DNA of 64,000 nucleotides from a virus (taxonomy: Duplodnaviria > Heunggongvirae > Uroviricota > Caudoviricetes): positions 60,745 through 124,744 of IMG/VR virus record IMGVR_UViG_3300005337_000004; one strand, given 5' to 3'. A program made the translations under genes and the position numbers. The notes beneath the pieces were generated by a model. The model was not told the origin of the DNA. It ran no database searches and worked only from the letters and a program-made list of their open reading frames with translations. This document shows positions 37,072 to 46,874 of this stretch, piece by piece. Position 1 is the stretch's first letter; each line of letters begins with the position of its first letter.

Positions 37072-37339
37072 GGGCTCATATTCGCACGTCGGCTTGGCCG
37101 CGACCAGTTGCTGTACCGCGCTGGCGGTTTTCTTCGCACACCTCATGTGGTCTACTGTAATCACCAAACGGTCTGTGGCAAAATGAATGAGAGACGCCAG
37201 GTCGGCTTCAGCTCGACCTGAGCAGTCCGGCTCTTGCGCAGGCGGTTGATGACCCGCCGATTCACCCCTTCCACTCCAACCAGCAAGGAGCACCACCCGT
37301 GGTCGTCAACCAGGTCCTGCGCACTAACCCGAACGGAGC

Positions 37340-38347
37340 GTGCAGCTAGTGGCCCGCATCCGCTCGATCAAGCCCGAGTTCTGGGAAGACGAAGTCATCG
37401 GCGACCTGTCGCTTGGCGCCCGCCTGCTGTTCATCGCCACCTGGAACTACGCCGACGACGAGGGCTTGATCCGCTGGTCCGCAGCCCACCTGAAGTCTGT
37501 GGCCTTCCGGTACGACGGCAACATCCACGCGGACAACGTCGAGGCGTGGATGGGCGAGATCGAACAGGCAGGACTCGTCTTCACCTACTCGACGGCGCGG
37601 GACCGCGGCCGGCTGGCGTTCATCGTGCACTTCCGACGGCACCAGAGGATCGATAAGCCGCAGGAGGCAAAACTCTCTCCGCCGAACTGGCGCGACCCGA
37701 TCGTGGTTGAGGTGTACGCCCGGCGGGCTGAGTGGATCTGTCCGGTTTGCAAGGATCCACTGGCCGACGACTACACCTCCGCCGCTACGTCTGAGACAAC
37801 TCCGCGATTGATCGCGGAAAGAGTCAAGACGTTGAAGGACGACCCAACCAACATCCAGGTCGTTCACCCGCAGTGCGCCAGGAATAAGCAGGTCACGAAG
37901 CTGCCGACACAACGTGTTGACGAGTTCCAGGAACCATCCACGAGCGATCCGGGACTGTTCCCTGAGCTCTCCGCGACGGATATGGATGGGAAGGGATATG
38001 GAAGGGATGAAGAACCAGATGTAGATGGGAAGGCCCCCGCGCCGAAGCGCGGCCGGGCCAAGCGTCCACAGACCGAAGCGCCGGACGACTTCGAAATCTC
38101 TCCAAGCCTTGCCCAGGCAGCCTTAAACGATCACGGCTTTGACCGCGCCCGAGTTGAGATCGAAAAGAAGAAGTTCCTCAACCATCACCGGGCCAAGGGC
38201 AACAAGTACTCGGACTGGATCCACGCCTTCCGCAACTGGCTGATCACAGCCAAGGAGATTGACGACTCCAGATCCCGCAAAACCAACGGCCCCCACGAGG
38301 CCTACGCAAACTCCACCGACCCCAACGCCTACGACGGCGAATTCTAG
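37340..38347 (+). CDS. replication initiator / replisome organiser
   Basis: 335-aa ORF directly upstream of the helicase loader and DnaB. It contains internal iteron-like repeats at 37979-38036 and has an acidic central region and a basic C-terminus. Confidence 0.45.
   Translation: MQLVARIRSIKPEFWEDEVIGDLSLGARLLFIATWNYADDEGLIRWSAAHLKSVAFRYDGNIHADNVEAWMGEIEQAGLVFTYSTARDRGRLAFIVHFRRHQRIDKPQEAKLSPPNWRDPIVVEVYARRAEWICPVCKDPLADDYTSAATSETTPRLIAERVKTLKDDPTNIQVVHPQCARNKQVTKLPTQRVDEFQEPSTSDPGLFPELSATDMDGKGYGRDEEPDVDGKAPAPKRGRAKRPQTEAPDDFEISPSLAQAALNDHGFDRARVEIEKKKFLNHHRAKGNKYSDWIHAFRNWLITAKEIDDSRSRKTNGPHEAYANSTDPNAYDGEF
37979..38036. repeat. iteron-like direct repeats (GGATATGGA / GATGGGAAGG) inside the initiator gene, candidate ori
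   Basis: GGATATGGATGGGAAGGGATATGGAAGGGATGA...GATGGGAAGG. A locally AT-richer patch. Confidence 0.4.
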
Positions 38348-38356
38348 GAGTCATCC

Positions 38357-39046
38357 GTGAGTGACACCCCTAACAGCAACACCTGGCGGCGCACCGCCGA
38401 CGACGTTTTCGCAACCCTGGGCCTGCCCGCCGCCACCGATGGCGACTGGTCCGGCTACGACCTCGACACCGACACCAACGCCGAGGAGCAGGCAGCCGAC
38501 AACCGTGCCCGCGCCGCCGAGTACTTCCTGGCCAACACGCCAGAGCGATTCCGGCACGCCATCGCCGACCACCCCGCGGTCACCGACTGGGTCACCCGCT
38601 ACCTGCTCGACCCGGCCGTCGCCGGCGACCTGGTCCTGATGGGAGGCACCGGCAGCGGCAAGACGTACCAGGCCTACGGAGCGCTCGCCGCAATCGGCAA
38701 CTCCGGACAGCCGTTCGTCCGCTGGGTCGGTGAGACAGCGCCGGACCTGCACGTCCGAATGCTGCCCTCGTCCGGCGTGAGCCTGGAAGCCGAGTTCAAC
38801 CGCGTCGCCAACGCGCCGCTGCTGCTCCTTGACGACCTCGGCGCCGCCAAGGGGTCCGACTGGTCGGAGAGCGTCATCTTCCGGCTCGTTAACCGCCGCT
38901 ACAACCGCTGCCTGCCGACGATCTACACCACCAACATCCCCATGGCGCAGCTCAAGGTCGTCCTCGGCGATCGTGTCAACTCCCGGCTCGCCCAGACCGC
39001 CACCCGCGTCAAGCTCAACGACGGCGACCGCAGGAGGGCTGCCTGA
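38357..39046 (+). CDS. DnaC/IstB-like helicase loader ATPase
   Basis: Walker A LVLMGGTGSGKT, Walker B LLLLDDLGA. Lies upstream of dnaB. Confidence 0.75.
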   Translation: MSDTPNSNTWRRTADDVFATLGLPAATDGDWSGYDLDTDTNAEEQAADNRARAAEYFLANTPERFRHAIADHPAVTDWVTRYLLDPAVAGDLVLMGGTGSGKTYQAYGALAAIGNSGQPFVRWVGETAPDLHVRMLPSSGVSLEAEFNRVANAPLLLLDDLGAAKGSDWSESVIFRLVNRRYNRCLPTIYTTNIPMAQLKVVLGDRVNSRLAQTATRVKLNDGDRRRAA

Positions 39047-40422
39047 TGGACACCTGGGACCAGCCCGAGGACCAGTCCCGGACCAACGCCGACCACGACG
39101 CCGAACGCGCCGTCCTCGGCGCCATGCTCCTCGACGGCCGCTGCATCAGCGACGTCACCGCCATCGCCCCCGCCGGCGCGTTCCACCTGCCCGCCCACGA
39201 ACGCATCGTCGCAGCCCTGGTTGCGCTCACCGCTGAAGGACGCCCCACCGACCCGGTGTCCGTCCTCGACGACTTCATCCGCCGCGGCCAGCAGAACTTC
39301 ATCGGCGGGGGCGCCTACCTGCACCGACTCATGGAGCAGGCCTGCGTTATCGGCTCGGCGACGTACTACGCCGACATTGTCCGGCGCTACCACCAGAAGC
39401 GGATGCTTGTCACCGTCGGCACCCGCCTGGCGCAGATGGGCGACGACCCCGCCACCGACCTCGACGACATCCCCGACCTGTACGACGTCGCGATCAAAGA
39501 GCTCGAAGCCGGGCTCGCCGAGACACCCAGCCTGGCCATGCCCACCATGGACGAAGCGTTCGACGCCACCATCACCGGCATCGAACACCCCGCCGAAAAC
39601 CAGTACGTCACCACCGGCATCCACGACCTGGACGCGCTGCTCAACGGCTGGGGCAGAGGCGAATTCATCATCATCGCCGCCCGGCCGTCGATCGGAAAAA
39701 GCACCCTGGCCAGGACGTTCATCCGCGAAGCCTCGATCAAGAACCGGGTGCCCACCCTGTTCGTCAGCTCCGAGATGAGCATCGACGAGAACATGCGGTG
39801 CCTGATCAGCGCCGAGGCGAAGGTCGAGCTCCACCACATCAACAAGAACAGCCTCAACGAGCACCAGTGGGCCCGGATAGCGCGCCGCGCCGACGCCATC
39901 CGCACCGCGCCGCTGCGCATTGACGAAAGCCGAAACGTCAGCCTGGGGCAGCTCCGCCACAACGCCTTCGAGATGGTCCGCAAGGGCGGGCTCGGCCTGA
40001 TCGTCATCGACTATCTCCAGCTGATGAAGACATCCGCGGCCGAGAACCGGCAGCAGGAGGTGTCGGCGCTGTCCCGCGGGCTGAAGATCCTTGCCGGTGA
40101 ACTCAGGGTCCCGGTCATTGCCCTGTCGCAGCTGAACCGCGGCCCCGAGCAGCGCACCGACAGGAAGCCGGTCATGTCTGACCTGCGCGAGTCCGGCTCG
40201 TTGGAGCAGGACGCCGACGTGGTGATCCTTATGCACCGCGAGGACGCCTACGAGCGGGAGTCCCCTCGCGCCGGCGAGGTCGACGTGATTGTCGAGAAGA
40301 ACCGCAAGGGCCCGAAGGGCACGATCACGTGCGCGTTCCAGGGTCACTACTCCCGTGTCACCGACATGGCCAAGTCCGATGACGACTGGACCCCGCACGC
40401 CGCGATGCGGGATGCCGCATGA
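39046..40422 (+). CDS. dnaB: replicative DNA helicase DnaB
   Basis: DnaB N-terminal domain plus a RecA-like core with ARPSIGKSTLA (Walker A) and LIVIDYLQLM. Confidence 0.9.
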   Translation: MDTWDQPEDQSRTNADHDAERAVLGAMLLDGRCISDVTAIAPAGAFHLPAHERIVAALVALTAEGRPTDPVSVLDDFIRRGQQNFIGGGAYLHRLMEQACVIGSATYYADIVRRYHQKRMLVTVGTRLAQMGDDPATDLDDIPDLYDVAIKELEAGLAETPSLAMPTMDEAFDATITGIEHPAENQYVTTGIHDLDALLNGWGRGEFIIIAARPSIGKSTLARTFIREASIKNRVPTLFVSSEMSIDENMRCLISAEAKVELHHINKNSLNEHQWARIARRADAIRTAPLRIDESRNVSLGQLRHNAFEMVRKGGLGLIVIDYLQLMKTSAAENRQQEVSALSRGLKILAGELRVPVIALSQLNRGPEQRTDRKPVMSDLRESGSLEQDADVVILMHREDAYERESPRAGEVDVIVEKNRKGPKGTITCAFQGHYSRVTDMAKSDDDWTPHAAMRDAA

Positions 40423-40601
40423 CCGCCACCGACATGCGCGTCCGGCGCCTTGAGCAGCGGGTTGCCCGCCTTGAGTCCGCCGACCGCGTCCCGCCCGAAG
40501 CAGCCGAGGCCTACGCCCGACTTGCCGCTACTGCACCGGTCAGTGCTGAGGACCAGGCCCGCCACCGCGCCGAACTCCTCGCCGCCCTGCGCGACGCCTG
40601 A
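40419..40601 (+). CDS. small hypothetical protein
   Basis: 60-aa ORF with an ATGA overlap. Confidence 0.3.
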   Translation: MTATDMRVRRLEQRVARLESADRVPPEAAEAYARLAATAPVSAEDQARHRAELLAALRDA

Positions 40602-40635
40602 ACCCGAACACCCAAACCCCAAAGGAGAACCGCCT

Positions 40636-41169
40636 GTGAGCGGCGAAACGATCATTACCGTCGTCGGTAACCTGACGGCCGATCCCGACCTCAAAGTGAC
40701 CTCGTCCGGAGCAGTCGTGGTCACGTTCACGATCGCCTCCACCCCGCGCACGTTCGATAAGAACTCGAACTCCTGGAAAGACGCGGAGTCCCTGTTCATG
40801 CGCTGCTCGCTGTGGCGCGAAGCCGGGGAGCACGCGGCTGACTCGCTCACGCAGGGAACGCGCGTCATCGCGACCGGCGCCCTGAAGCAGCGCTCCTACG
40901 AGAAGGACGGCCAGAAGCGCACCGTCGTGGAGCTGGACGTGGAGGAGATCGGCCCGTCGCTGAAGTACGCGACGGCGAAGGTCACCAAGGCTTCCCGCAG
41001 CGGCCAGTCCGGCGGCAATCAGCAGCAGGGCGCCGGCCAGCAGTCCAGCCGCGGCCAGCAAAGCCAGGGCGGATGGGGCGGGGCGCCGCAGAACGGCAAC
41101 CAGGGCGGATGGGGCGGCGGCCAGCAAGGCGGCTGGGGATCCGGCGCCGACACCGATCCGCCGTTCTGA
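40636..41169 (+). CDS. ssb: single-stranded DNA-binding protein
   Basis: GTG start with an AAAGGAG RBS. OB fold ([13 protein letters not shown]...), Gly/Gln-rich tail, and C-terminal DTDPPF. Confidence 0.85.
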   Translation: MSGETIITVVGNLTADPDLKVTSSGAVVVTFTIASTPRTFDKNSNSWKDAESLFMRCSLWREAGEHAADSLTQGTRVIATGALKQRSYEKDGQKRTVVELDVEEIGPSLKYATAKVTKASRSGQSGGNQQQGAGQQSSRGQQSQGGWGGAPQNGNQGGWGGGQQGGWGSGADTDPPF

Positions 41170-41230
41170 TCATGACCGGCCAGCGCTACCCCCTGAACGA
41201 CACCAACCGAACCGAACGAGGAGACCGATC

Positions 41231-41452
41231 ATGAGCAACAACAACACCAGCAGCGGAGGCATCGGCTTCACCGGCCTGCTGACGATCCTGTTCATCGCCC
41301 TGAAGCTCACCCACACCATTGCGTGGTCGTGGTGGTGGGTCCTGTCGCCGATCTGGATCTCGGCTGCGGTCACCATCGTCATCCTCGGCGTGATGTTCGG
41401 CGTCGCGTTCATCGCCACCGTCATTGAGGAGCGGAAGGCGGCGCGGCGATGA
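41231..41452 (+). CDS. small membrane protein
   Basis: GAGGAG RBS. Two transmembrane helices. Confidence 0.45.
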   Translation: MSNNNTSSGGIGFTGLLTILFIALKLTHTIAWSWWWVLSPIWISAAVTIVILGVMFGVAFIATVIEERKAARR

Positions 41453-42021
41453 CCCAGATCACCAACGACCCCATCACCCTTGACCCGGTGAACCTCGCCT
41501 GGTTCGCCGAGGACTACGGCACCACCGGGTGGTGCGTGTACTTCCCCGGCATGGACGAGATCACCACCCACGACCGGCACTACCCCGGCAACGGCACCGA
41601 CCCGGCTGTCGACGACGTTGGCAAGCCGTTCACCGAGGAGACGGTCCGCGCCTACCTGGCCGAGTTCAACACCCGGTTCGGCCCCGGGTCGCCGCTGGCG
41701 GTCGAGCTCCAGGACCCGAGCTACGCGGTGGCGCTGCACTACGGCAAGCCGGCGTTCTGGTCGCACGACATGCCGACCACCGCCTGGTTCTTCGCGAGCA
41801 TCGACGAGACCGCGGACTCCACCCGCACGTTCACCACGCTGGAAGCGGCGAAGCACGCCGCGATCATCGACTGGGAGTCCGGTGACACCGGGCCTGGCAT
41901 CCCGCCGCCGGGCTACTCGTGGATCACGGACGAGAAGCAGCCGAATCACCACGTGCTGCTCGACGACGGCGTGGTCACCGGCTGGTGGGTTCAGCCGGTC
42001 GACGAGACGGCGGGTGCGTAA
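41449..42021 (+). CDS. hypothetical protein
   Basis: 190-aa ORF with an ATGA overlap. Confidence 0.4.
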   Translation: MTQITNDPITLDPVNLAWFAEDYGTTGWCVYFPGMDEITTHDRHYPGNGTDPAVDDVGKPFTEETVRAYLAEFNTRFGPGSPLAVELQDPSYAVALHYGKPAFWSHDMPTTAWFFASIDETADSTRTFTTLEAAKHAAIIDWESGDTGPGIPPPGYSWITDEKQPNHHVLLDDGVVTGWWVQPVDETAGA

Positions 42022-42638
42022 TGGCGACCCGGCTGCACAACCACTACGAGCCCTGGCACATCGTCACCGTCACCGACGAGCCGGCGGCAGGCCTGCGCCT
42101 TGACGTAAAGCACCCCAAGGACTGCGACCCGGACGGCGATGACTGCTCCGCCGAGTACCACGCCAGGCACTTCGGACTCGACGGCGAGAAGGACACGCCC
42201 GCCGCCGGCACCTACCGGGTTCGGTACTGGTGGGACAACTACGAGCCCAACGGCGACGGGCTTGAGGTCGAGACGTGCGCGCCCAGCGACTACCACCCCG
42301 ACTGCGGTCGGCGCGTTGCAGACTGCGACTGCCGCACCGTTGCGGTTCTCGGTGACGTCCAGGCCGAACGGATGCGGCAGATCGCCAAGTTCGGCGAGCA
42401 GCACCGCGAGGACGGCACCGGCGGTCCGGTGATGGCGACGCGGGCCGACGAGGCGATCGCGTGCCGTGACTATCTCGCCGAGCACGGCGGCGCCGACTGG
42501 CGTTCGCTGCTGCTGGCGCAGGTCTACGAGGCGATGGCCGACGACAGCGGCGACGGGGTCCGTGCCGGACTCGTGCGGACGGCGGCGCTGTGCGTGGCGT
42601 GGATCGAAGACATCGACTCCCGGAAGGCGGACGCGTGA
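42021..42638 (+). CDS. hypothetical Cys/His-containing protein
   Basis: TAATG overlap. Contains a CDCRTVAVLG element. Confidence 0.4.
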   Translation: MATRLHNHYEPWHIVTVTDEPAAGLRLDVKHPKDCDPDGDDCSAEYHARHFGLDGEKDTPAAGTYRVRYWWDNYEPNGDGLEVETCAPSDYHPDCGRRVADCDCRTVAVLGDVQAERMRQIAKFGEQHREDGTGGPVMATRADEAIACRDYLAEHGGADWRSLLLAQVYEAMADDSGDGVRAGLVRTAALCVAWIEDIDSRKADA

Positions 42639-42943
42639 TGCCAACCAACCCCGCCCTTGCGCAGGCCATCGCCGCACACCGTGCCGCTGTTGCCGAGCGC
42701 GGCGGACTTCCCGGCGGAGAGCACGCTCTGGTCGACGGCACCGCCAAGGCTGCCGTCCGCGAGATGCCCGACATCGATCCGGCCGTCATTGGCGAAGTGC
42801 TGATCCACACCGTGCGGCTGATGGACGCGATCGTGGAGAAGGTTCGCGAGCTGGACCCGATGCTCGATTGGGAGAGCACGAAGGACATCGCGCTGAACAT
42901 GCTGACCCATGCCGGTGCCCGGCTGTACGAGGCGGGTGTTTGA
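42638..42943 (+). CDS. hypothetical protein
   Basis: 101-aa ORF with a TGATG overlap. Confidence 0.35.
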   Translation: MPTNPALAQAIAAHRAAVAERGGLPGGEHALVDGTAKAAVREMPDIDPAVIGEVLIHTVRLMDAIVEKVRELDPMLDWESTKDIALNMLTHAGARLYEAGV

Positions 42944-43410
42944 TGTCCGAGCTTCCCATTCCCGCCCGCCGCGCCCTGTTGCTCCTCGCCGACGCCGCCC
43001 GCGAGTTCGCTCTCGGGATGGCGCACGCCGTCGCGGCCACTGCGGAAGTCATCATCGACGCCCTCGACGACGAACCCACGCCGCCGCGCACGCCGTTCAC
43101 CGGCTTGCTCGCGGCGATGCGCCACGACGACGCATGCGGCTGTGACGCCGATACCGAGCCGGCGTCGGACCGCAACTGGGTCCTGACCAACGCTTCCGAC
43201 CTGAAGGCCGGCGACTGGGTGACGTTCACCTACGGCCCCGAGTACCGGGTGGTCGAGGCCAAGCGCGCCCTGATCGACGGCAATACGTGGGCGGTGACGC
43301 TGCACCTGGCCGACGGCGACGACAAGCCGCGCCTGCTGCAGGTCGGCGCCGATACGCCGCTGCTGGCGTGCCCGGCCACCCCGGATGACCTGTCGTCGCT
43401 GGCGCCGTAG
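42943..43410 (+). CDS. hypothetical protein
   Basis: 155-aa ORF with a TGATG overlap. Confidence 0.35.
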   Translation: MSELPIPARRALLLLADAAREFALGMAHAVAATAEVIIDALDDEPTPPRTPFTGLLAAMRHDDACGCDADTEPASDRNWVLTNASDLKAGDWVTFTYGPEYRVVEAKRALIDGNTWAVTLHLADGDDKPRLLQVGADTPLLACPATPDDLSSLAP

Positions 43411-43437
43411 CGGCACCCACCCCAACCACCATCAGGA

Positions 43438-43818
43438 GTGATCATGACCATCGCGAACATCCGCATCGAAGGACCGATCGGCGGACGTGTGCCGCGCACC
43501 GATACGCCGGGCTTGGCCAAGCCCGGCCGGTTTGTCGGTGCCTACGAATCCGACCCGAACTGGCGCAACCACGCAGCCTGCCTCGGTACTGACCCCGAAA
43601 CCTGGTTCCCGCTGAATGATGCCGAGTACGGGCCCGCGCTGTTGCAGGCCGAGGACGCCAAGGCCATCTGCAATAACCGCTGCCCGGTGCGGGATGCCTG
43701 TCTGGAGTGGGCCCTGGCGACCAATCAGGGTTTCGGCGTGTGGGGCGGCCTGACCGTGAAAGAGCGGGCGAACCTGAAGCGCAGCCAGAGCCGTAAGACT
43801 CGGAGCACGGCAGCATGA
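43438..43818 (+). CDS. whiB: WhiB-family transcription factor
   Basis: Four Cys (C...C..C.....C) and a GVWGG turn (GFGVWGGLTVKER). Confidence 0.8.
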   Translation: MIMTIANIRIEGPIGGRVPRTDTPGLAKPGRFVGAYESDPNWRNHAACLGTDPETWFPLNDAEYGPALLQAEDAKAICNNRCPVRDACLEWALATNQGFGVWGGLTVKERANLKRSQSRKTRSTAA

Positions 43819-44306
43819 CCGCCCCGAAAGGACTTCGCGGCCTGGCGTTGACCGCCCGCGAGAAGCAGGTGGTGGCGCTGGTGGCGGGCGGCATGACGAA
43901 CGCAGCGATCGCCGCGGAGCTTGGCCTGTTGCCGCTGACGGTGAAGAACCACATGGCCCGTGTTGCCGCGAAGTACGGCATCGGGGACCGTGCCGGGGTT
44001 GTCGGGCTGGCGATCCGGCGCGGCGACCTGCCGGTGTCGGTGACCGGTCCAGTCCCGGCTGGTTTCGACGAGGGCCTGTTCGACGTGCTGGTGCGGATCG
44101 CCCGCGGTATGTCCAACCGGGAGATCGGCCTGGAGTTGCACCTAAGCACCGACTCGGTGAAGTCGCGGGTGCGGCGGCTGTTTGTGGTGCTGGGCGTGTC
44201 CGGCCGTGAGGAGGCAGTGGCGGCGGGTGTGGCGTGCGGGGCGCTGCGCTTGGTGCCAGTGCGGCGTCCGGTGCCGGCGCAGCGGCGAGAGCGGGTAGCG
44301 GCGTGA
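43815..44306 (+). CDS. transcriptional regulator with two tandem LuxR/GerE-type HTH domains
   Basis: LTAREKQVVALVAGGMTNAAIAAELGLLPLTVKNHMARV, and a second copy LFDVLVRIARGMSNREIGLELHLSTDSVKSRVRR. Confidence 0.6.
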   Translation: MTAPKGLRGLALTAREKQVVALVAGGMTNAAIAAELGLLPLTVKNHMARVAAKYGIGDRAGVVGLAIRRGDLPVSVTGPVPAGFDEGLFDVLVRIARGMSNREIGLELHLSTDSVKSRVRRLFVVLGVSGREEAVAAGVACGALRLVPVRRPVPAQRRERVAA

Positions 44307-44455
44307 AGCGCGCGTCGCGTTGGCAGCGCAGCCCGGGGTGGATCCGCAGCGGTGTTGCAACCGCGGTGGTGGTGTGCGGGTTCGTTGCTTTGGCTGCGCT
44401 GCCGGTGGGCTGGGTGCTGGCGCATGTGTCGGACCTCATCGGCGGTGTGCGGTGA
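44303..44455 (+). CDS. small membrane protein
   Basis: GTGA overlap with the upstream gene. Single transmembrane helix. Confidence 0.3.
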   Translation: MKRASRWQRSPGWIRSGVATAVVVCGFVALAALPVGWVLAHVSDLIGGVR

Positions 44456-44823
44456 CGGCCCAATCGCAGCTGGCTGCGAAGACGTGCGAGCGCTGCAAGG
44501 CCAAGTTTGAGCGGCGGCGCTTTGTGTCGGGTCGGCTGGAGGACGCGGCGTCCTTCGCCAGGCGGCGGTTTTGTTCGCGGGACTGCTACCGGCAGGCAGG
44601 TGTCGGGCGCCCTGAAACGCCGGCGCCGGGGGTCTGGATTCAGGGACCCCATGAACTAAGAATCGCGGAGAGCGACGCTAACGCGAGTGACCCCCGCCGA
44701 GCGGGCAGCAGTGGATACCCGTGGGATCGCCAGCGAGCCCTCCGGCCCGTGCCGAATTCGGGGCCAATTTCGACCGAACGTCAGCGGCAACTTCCCGACG
44801 CCGGACGGCAGGCTCGTTCATGA
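44452..44823 (+). CDS. zinc-finger protein
   Basis: CERCKAKF...CSRDCY pattern. Confidence 0.35.
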   Translation: MTAQSQLAAKTCERCKAKFERRRFVSGRLEDAASFARRRFCSRDCYRQAGVGRPETPAPGVWIQGPHELRIAESDANASDPRRAGSSGYPWDRQRALRPVPNSGPISTERQRQLPDAGRQARS

Positions 44824-45008
44824 GCGCCTCGGAACCTCAGCACCGCACCTGGCAGACCCTGTCTGACCAGCAGCGGACCATCGCCAAGGACCTGATGGAG
44901 CGGGCTCAGCGGATGTGGGCCGAAGCGGACGGCGAGATCTCGCTGCGCGAGGCGATCGAGCTGGCCGCGTTCCAGGCCGGCCACCAGACGCTGAAGGAAG
45001 CGAAGTGA
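44820..45008 (+). CDS. small hypothetical protein
   Basis: 62-aa ORF with an ATGA overlap. Confidence 0.3.
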   Translation: MSASEPQHRTWQTLSDQQRTIAKDLMERAQRMWAEADGEISLREAIELAAFQAGHQTLKEAK

Positions 45009-45280
45009 CCCGCCGGCCGCCGCGTCTCCCCGAGCGCCCGTCGTTCGGGGACCTGCGGTCCTGCCCCGGCAAGGTGATCTTCTTCGAGCGGCGCGTCGCT
45101 AAGCGGCGCGCCAGCGAACTGCGCAAGGCCGAAGGCGGCGGCATCCACGCATATCGCTGCAGCGCATGCGGCTACTGGCATGTGGGCCACGAGGCCGGAC
45201 GCGCTACCGAGCAGCGGCACGAGGACCGGTTCTACCAGCTGCCCCCACAACGACCGTCAGTCTCCGAAGGAGGGGTCTGA
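45005..45280 (+). CDS. zinc-ribbon protein
   Basis: CPGK...CSACGYWH. Confidence 0.35.
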   Translation: MTRRPPRLPERPSFGDLRSCPGKVIFFERRVAKRRASELRKAEGGGIHAYRCSACGYWHVGHEAGRATEQRHEDRFYQLPPQRPSVSEGGV

Positions 45281-45282
45281 TC

Positions 45283-45624
45283 ATGACCAAGATCGAAACG
45301 CGCCACATCCCCGACTGCAAGCTCTCCCACCCCCGCGACATCGACTGCGCCGAGGCCGAGCACGTGAAGCAGGAGATCGCCAACGCCGATCCGCAAGCCG
45401 ATCTGACCGACCTGAAGTGCCGGCTGAAGGCGCCGAAGCCACTCGTTGGCTACGCCGTTGTCTGCCCCGGCTGGGACCCGCACGCACGCCAAATCAACGC
45501 CGTAAACCTGTGGGACCTGGTGCCGCTGCCCGAGGCACGACACTCCCGAGACCTGTCGCGCAGTCTCGGCTCAAGCCGCCAGGTCATCGTCAAGGCCACG
45601 ATCACGTTCGAGGTCGTCGAGTGA
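45283..45624 (+). CDS. hypothetical protein
   Basis: GAAGGAGG RBS. 113 aa. Confidence 0.4.
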   Translation: MTKIETRHIPDCKLSHPRDIDCAEAEHVKQEIANADPQADLTDLKCRLKAPKPLVGYAVVCPGWDPHARQINAVNLWDLVPLPEARHSRDLSRSLGSSRQVIVKATITFEVVE

Positions 45625-45640
45625 CGTGGCCATTAGACGC

Positions 45641-45799
45641 GTGATTGTCCTGTCCTGCGATGAGTGCGGCGCGCAACCTCACCGCCGCTTTCGCACCCTC
45701 GCGGAGCTTGACGCCTGGATCCGCCAGAGCGGATGGCGAGAGATCTACTACCGCGACTGGTGCCCCCGTTGCCTGGCCGCCGGCACCAGCACCACCTGA
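45641..45799 (+). CDS. small zinc-ribbon protein (below the 60-aa ORF-track threshold)
   Basis: GTG start. VIVLSCDECGAQPHRRFRTLAELDAWIRQSGWREIYYRDWCPRCLAAGTSTT, 52 aa with CxxC...CxxC. It fills an otherwise empty gap. Confidence 0.35.
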   Translation: MIVLSCDECGAQPHRRFRTLAELDAWIRQSGWREIYYRDWCPRCLAAGTSTT

Positions 45800-45839
45800 C
45801 CGCACCCAGCAAGACCAAGACGAGAACTGGAGACACCCG

Positions 45840-46037
45840 ATGAGCAGCATCACGATCCACGTCTACGACGGCGACCCCGAGGAGTACGACGACGAAGACG
45901 AAACCGGCACGGTCGGTGCCCGCGTTCCCAACCATCGGCACTCGTATGGCGACGGCGAGGAACTGGACGCCGTGAAGACGATCGGCTGGCTGCTGGCCGA
46001 GAACAAGCACTTTGACGTGCGCTTCTTCAACAACTGA
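45840..46037 (+). CDS. small acidic protein
   Basis: GGAGA RBS. 65 aa. Confidence 0.35.
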   Translation: MSSITIHVYDGDPEEYDDEDETGTVGARVPNHRHSYGDGEELDAVKTIGWLLAENKHFDVRFFNN

Positions 46038-46055
46038 CCGACAGGAGCCGACACG

Positions 46056-46874
46056 GTGAACAAGCCCAACCAGCAGACCGTGCGCGAGATTGCTCGCACG
46101 GCGGTCAGCTACGTCATCCGCGACAACCTCGTGCAGGCGGCCATGGCCGAGCACGGCATCAGCGCCGACAACGTCTACGCCTGGAGCGAGATCTACGACG
46201 CGGTACTCGACACCATCGCGGCTAGCGTGCAGGAGCCGGCCGAGGCGACAGGCGACGAGCAGCAGCAGCCGTGGCCGCGCGCACAACGGATGCCGCTGGC
46301 CGTCGCCGGCGGCCGACCGCAGCCCTGGCACCAGCAGGCGATCGCCGAGTACAGGGCAGCGACCGGCATCGAGTTGAAGTCGAACCCGACCATTCCCGGC
46401 GGCTACACCGCAACGCAGGTCAACTGGGCCATCACGTGGTGGAACGAAAGGGCGGAGTCCGAGCAGGCCGGGGAGGCTGCCGAGGGGATTGTTAGGTTCC
46501 TGACACACTTCCGCGAGGACAGCGACGACACGGTCATCGAGGGGCTGGAGCGCTACCGCCTGACCGTCGGCATGTTGCGCGCCGTCCTGGCTGAGCGCAA
46601 GGCCCTCGCCGCTCAGATTGCAGAGCTGGAGGCGATCGTTGCCGAGGGAAACCAGAGGGATCGCGCCCTGGCGTTGCTGCTGCTTCGCAGCGGCGGCAAG
46701 GTCGAGTTCTCCCAAGTCGAGCAGGTAACCGCCCCGTGGCACGGGCAGCTCATCAGCTACCCGAGCCTCGCGACGGGCGGCTTGGTGCTGGCGTACTCGG
46801 CAGACGGCGAGACCGTCGGCGCCGCCCCGCAGCAGCCGGAGCCCGACGGCGGCGGAAGCAAGGGTGAACAGTGA
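46056..46874 (+). CDS. hypothetical protein
   Basis: 272-aa ORF. No domain recognised. Confidence 0.45.
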   Translation: MNKPNQQTVREIARTAVSYVIRDNLVQAAMAEHGISADNVYAWSEIYDAVLDTIAASVQEPAEATGDEQQQPWPRAQRMPLAVAGGRPQPWHQQAIAEYRAATGIELKSNPTIPGGYTATQVNWAITWWNERAESEQAGEAAEGIVRFLTHFREDSDDTVIEGLERYRLTVGMLRAVLAERKALAAQIAELEAIVAEGNQRDRALALLLLRSGGKVEFSQVEQVTAPWHGQLISYPSLATGGLVLAYSADGETVGAAPQQPEPDGGGSKGEQ

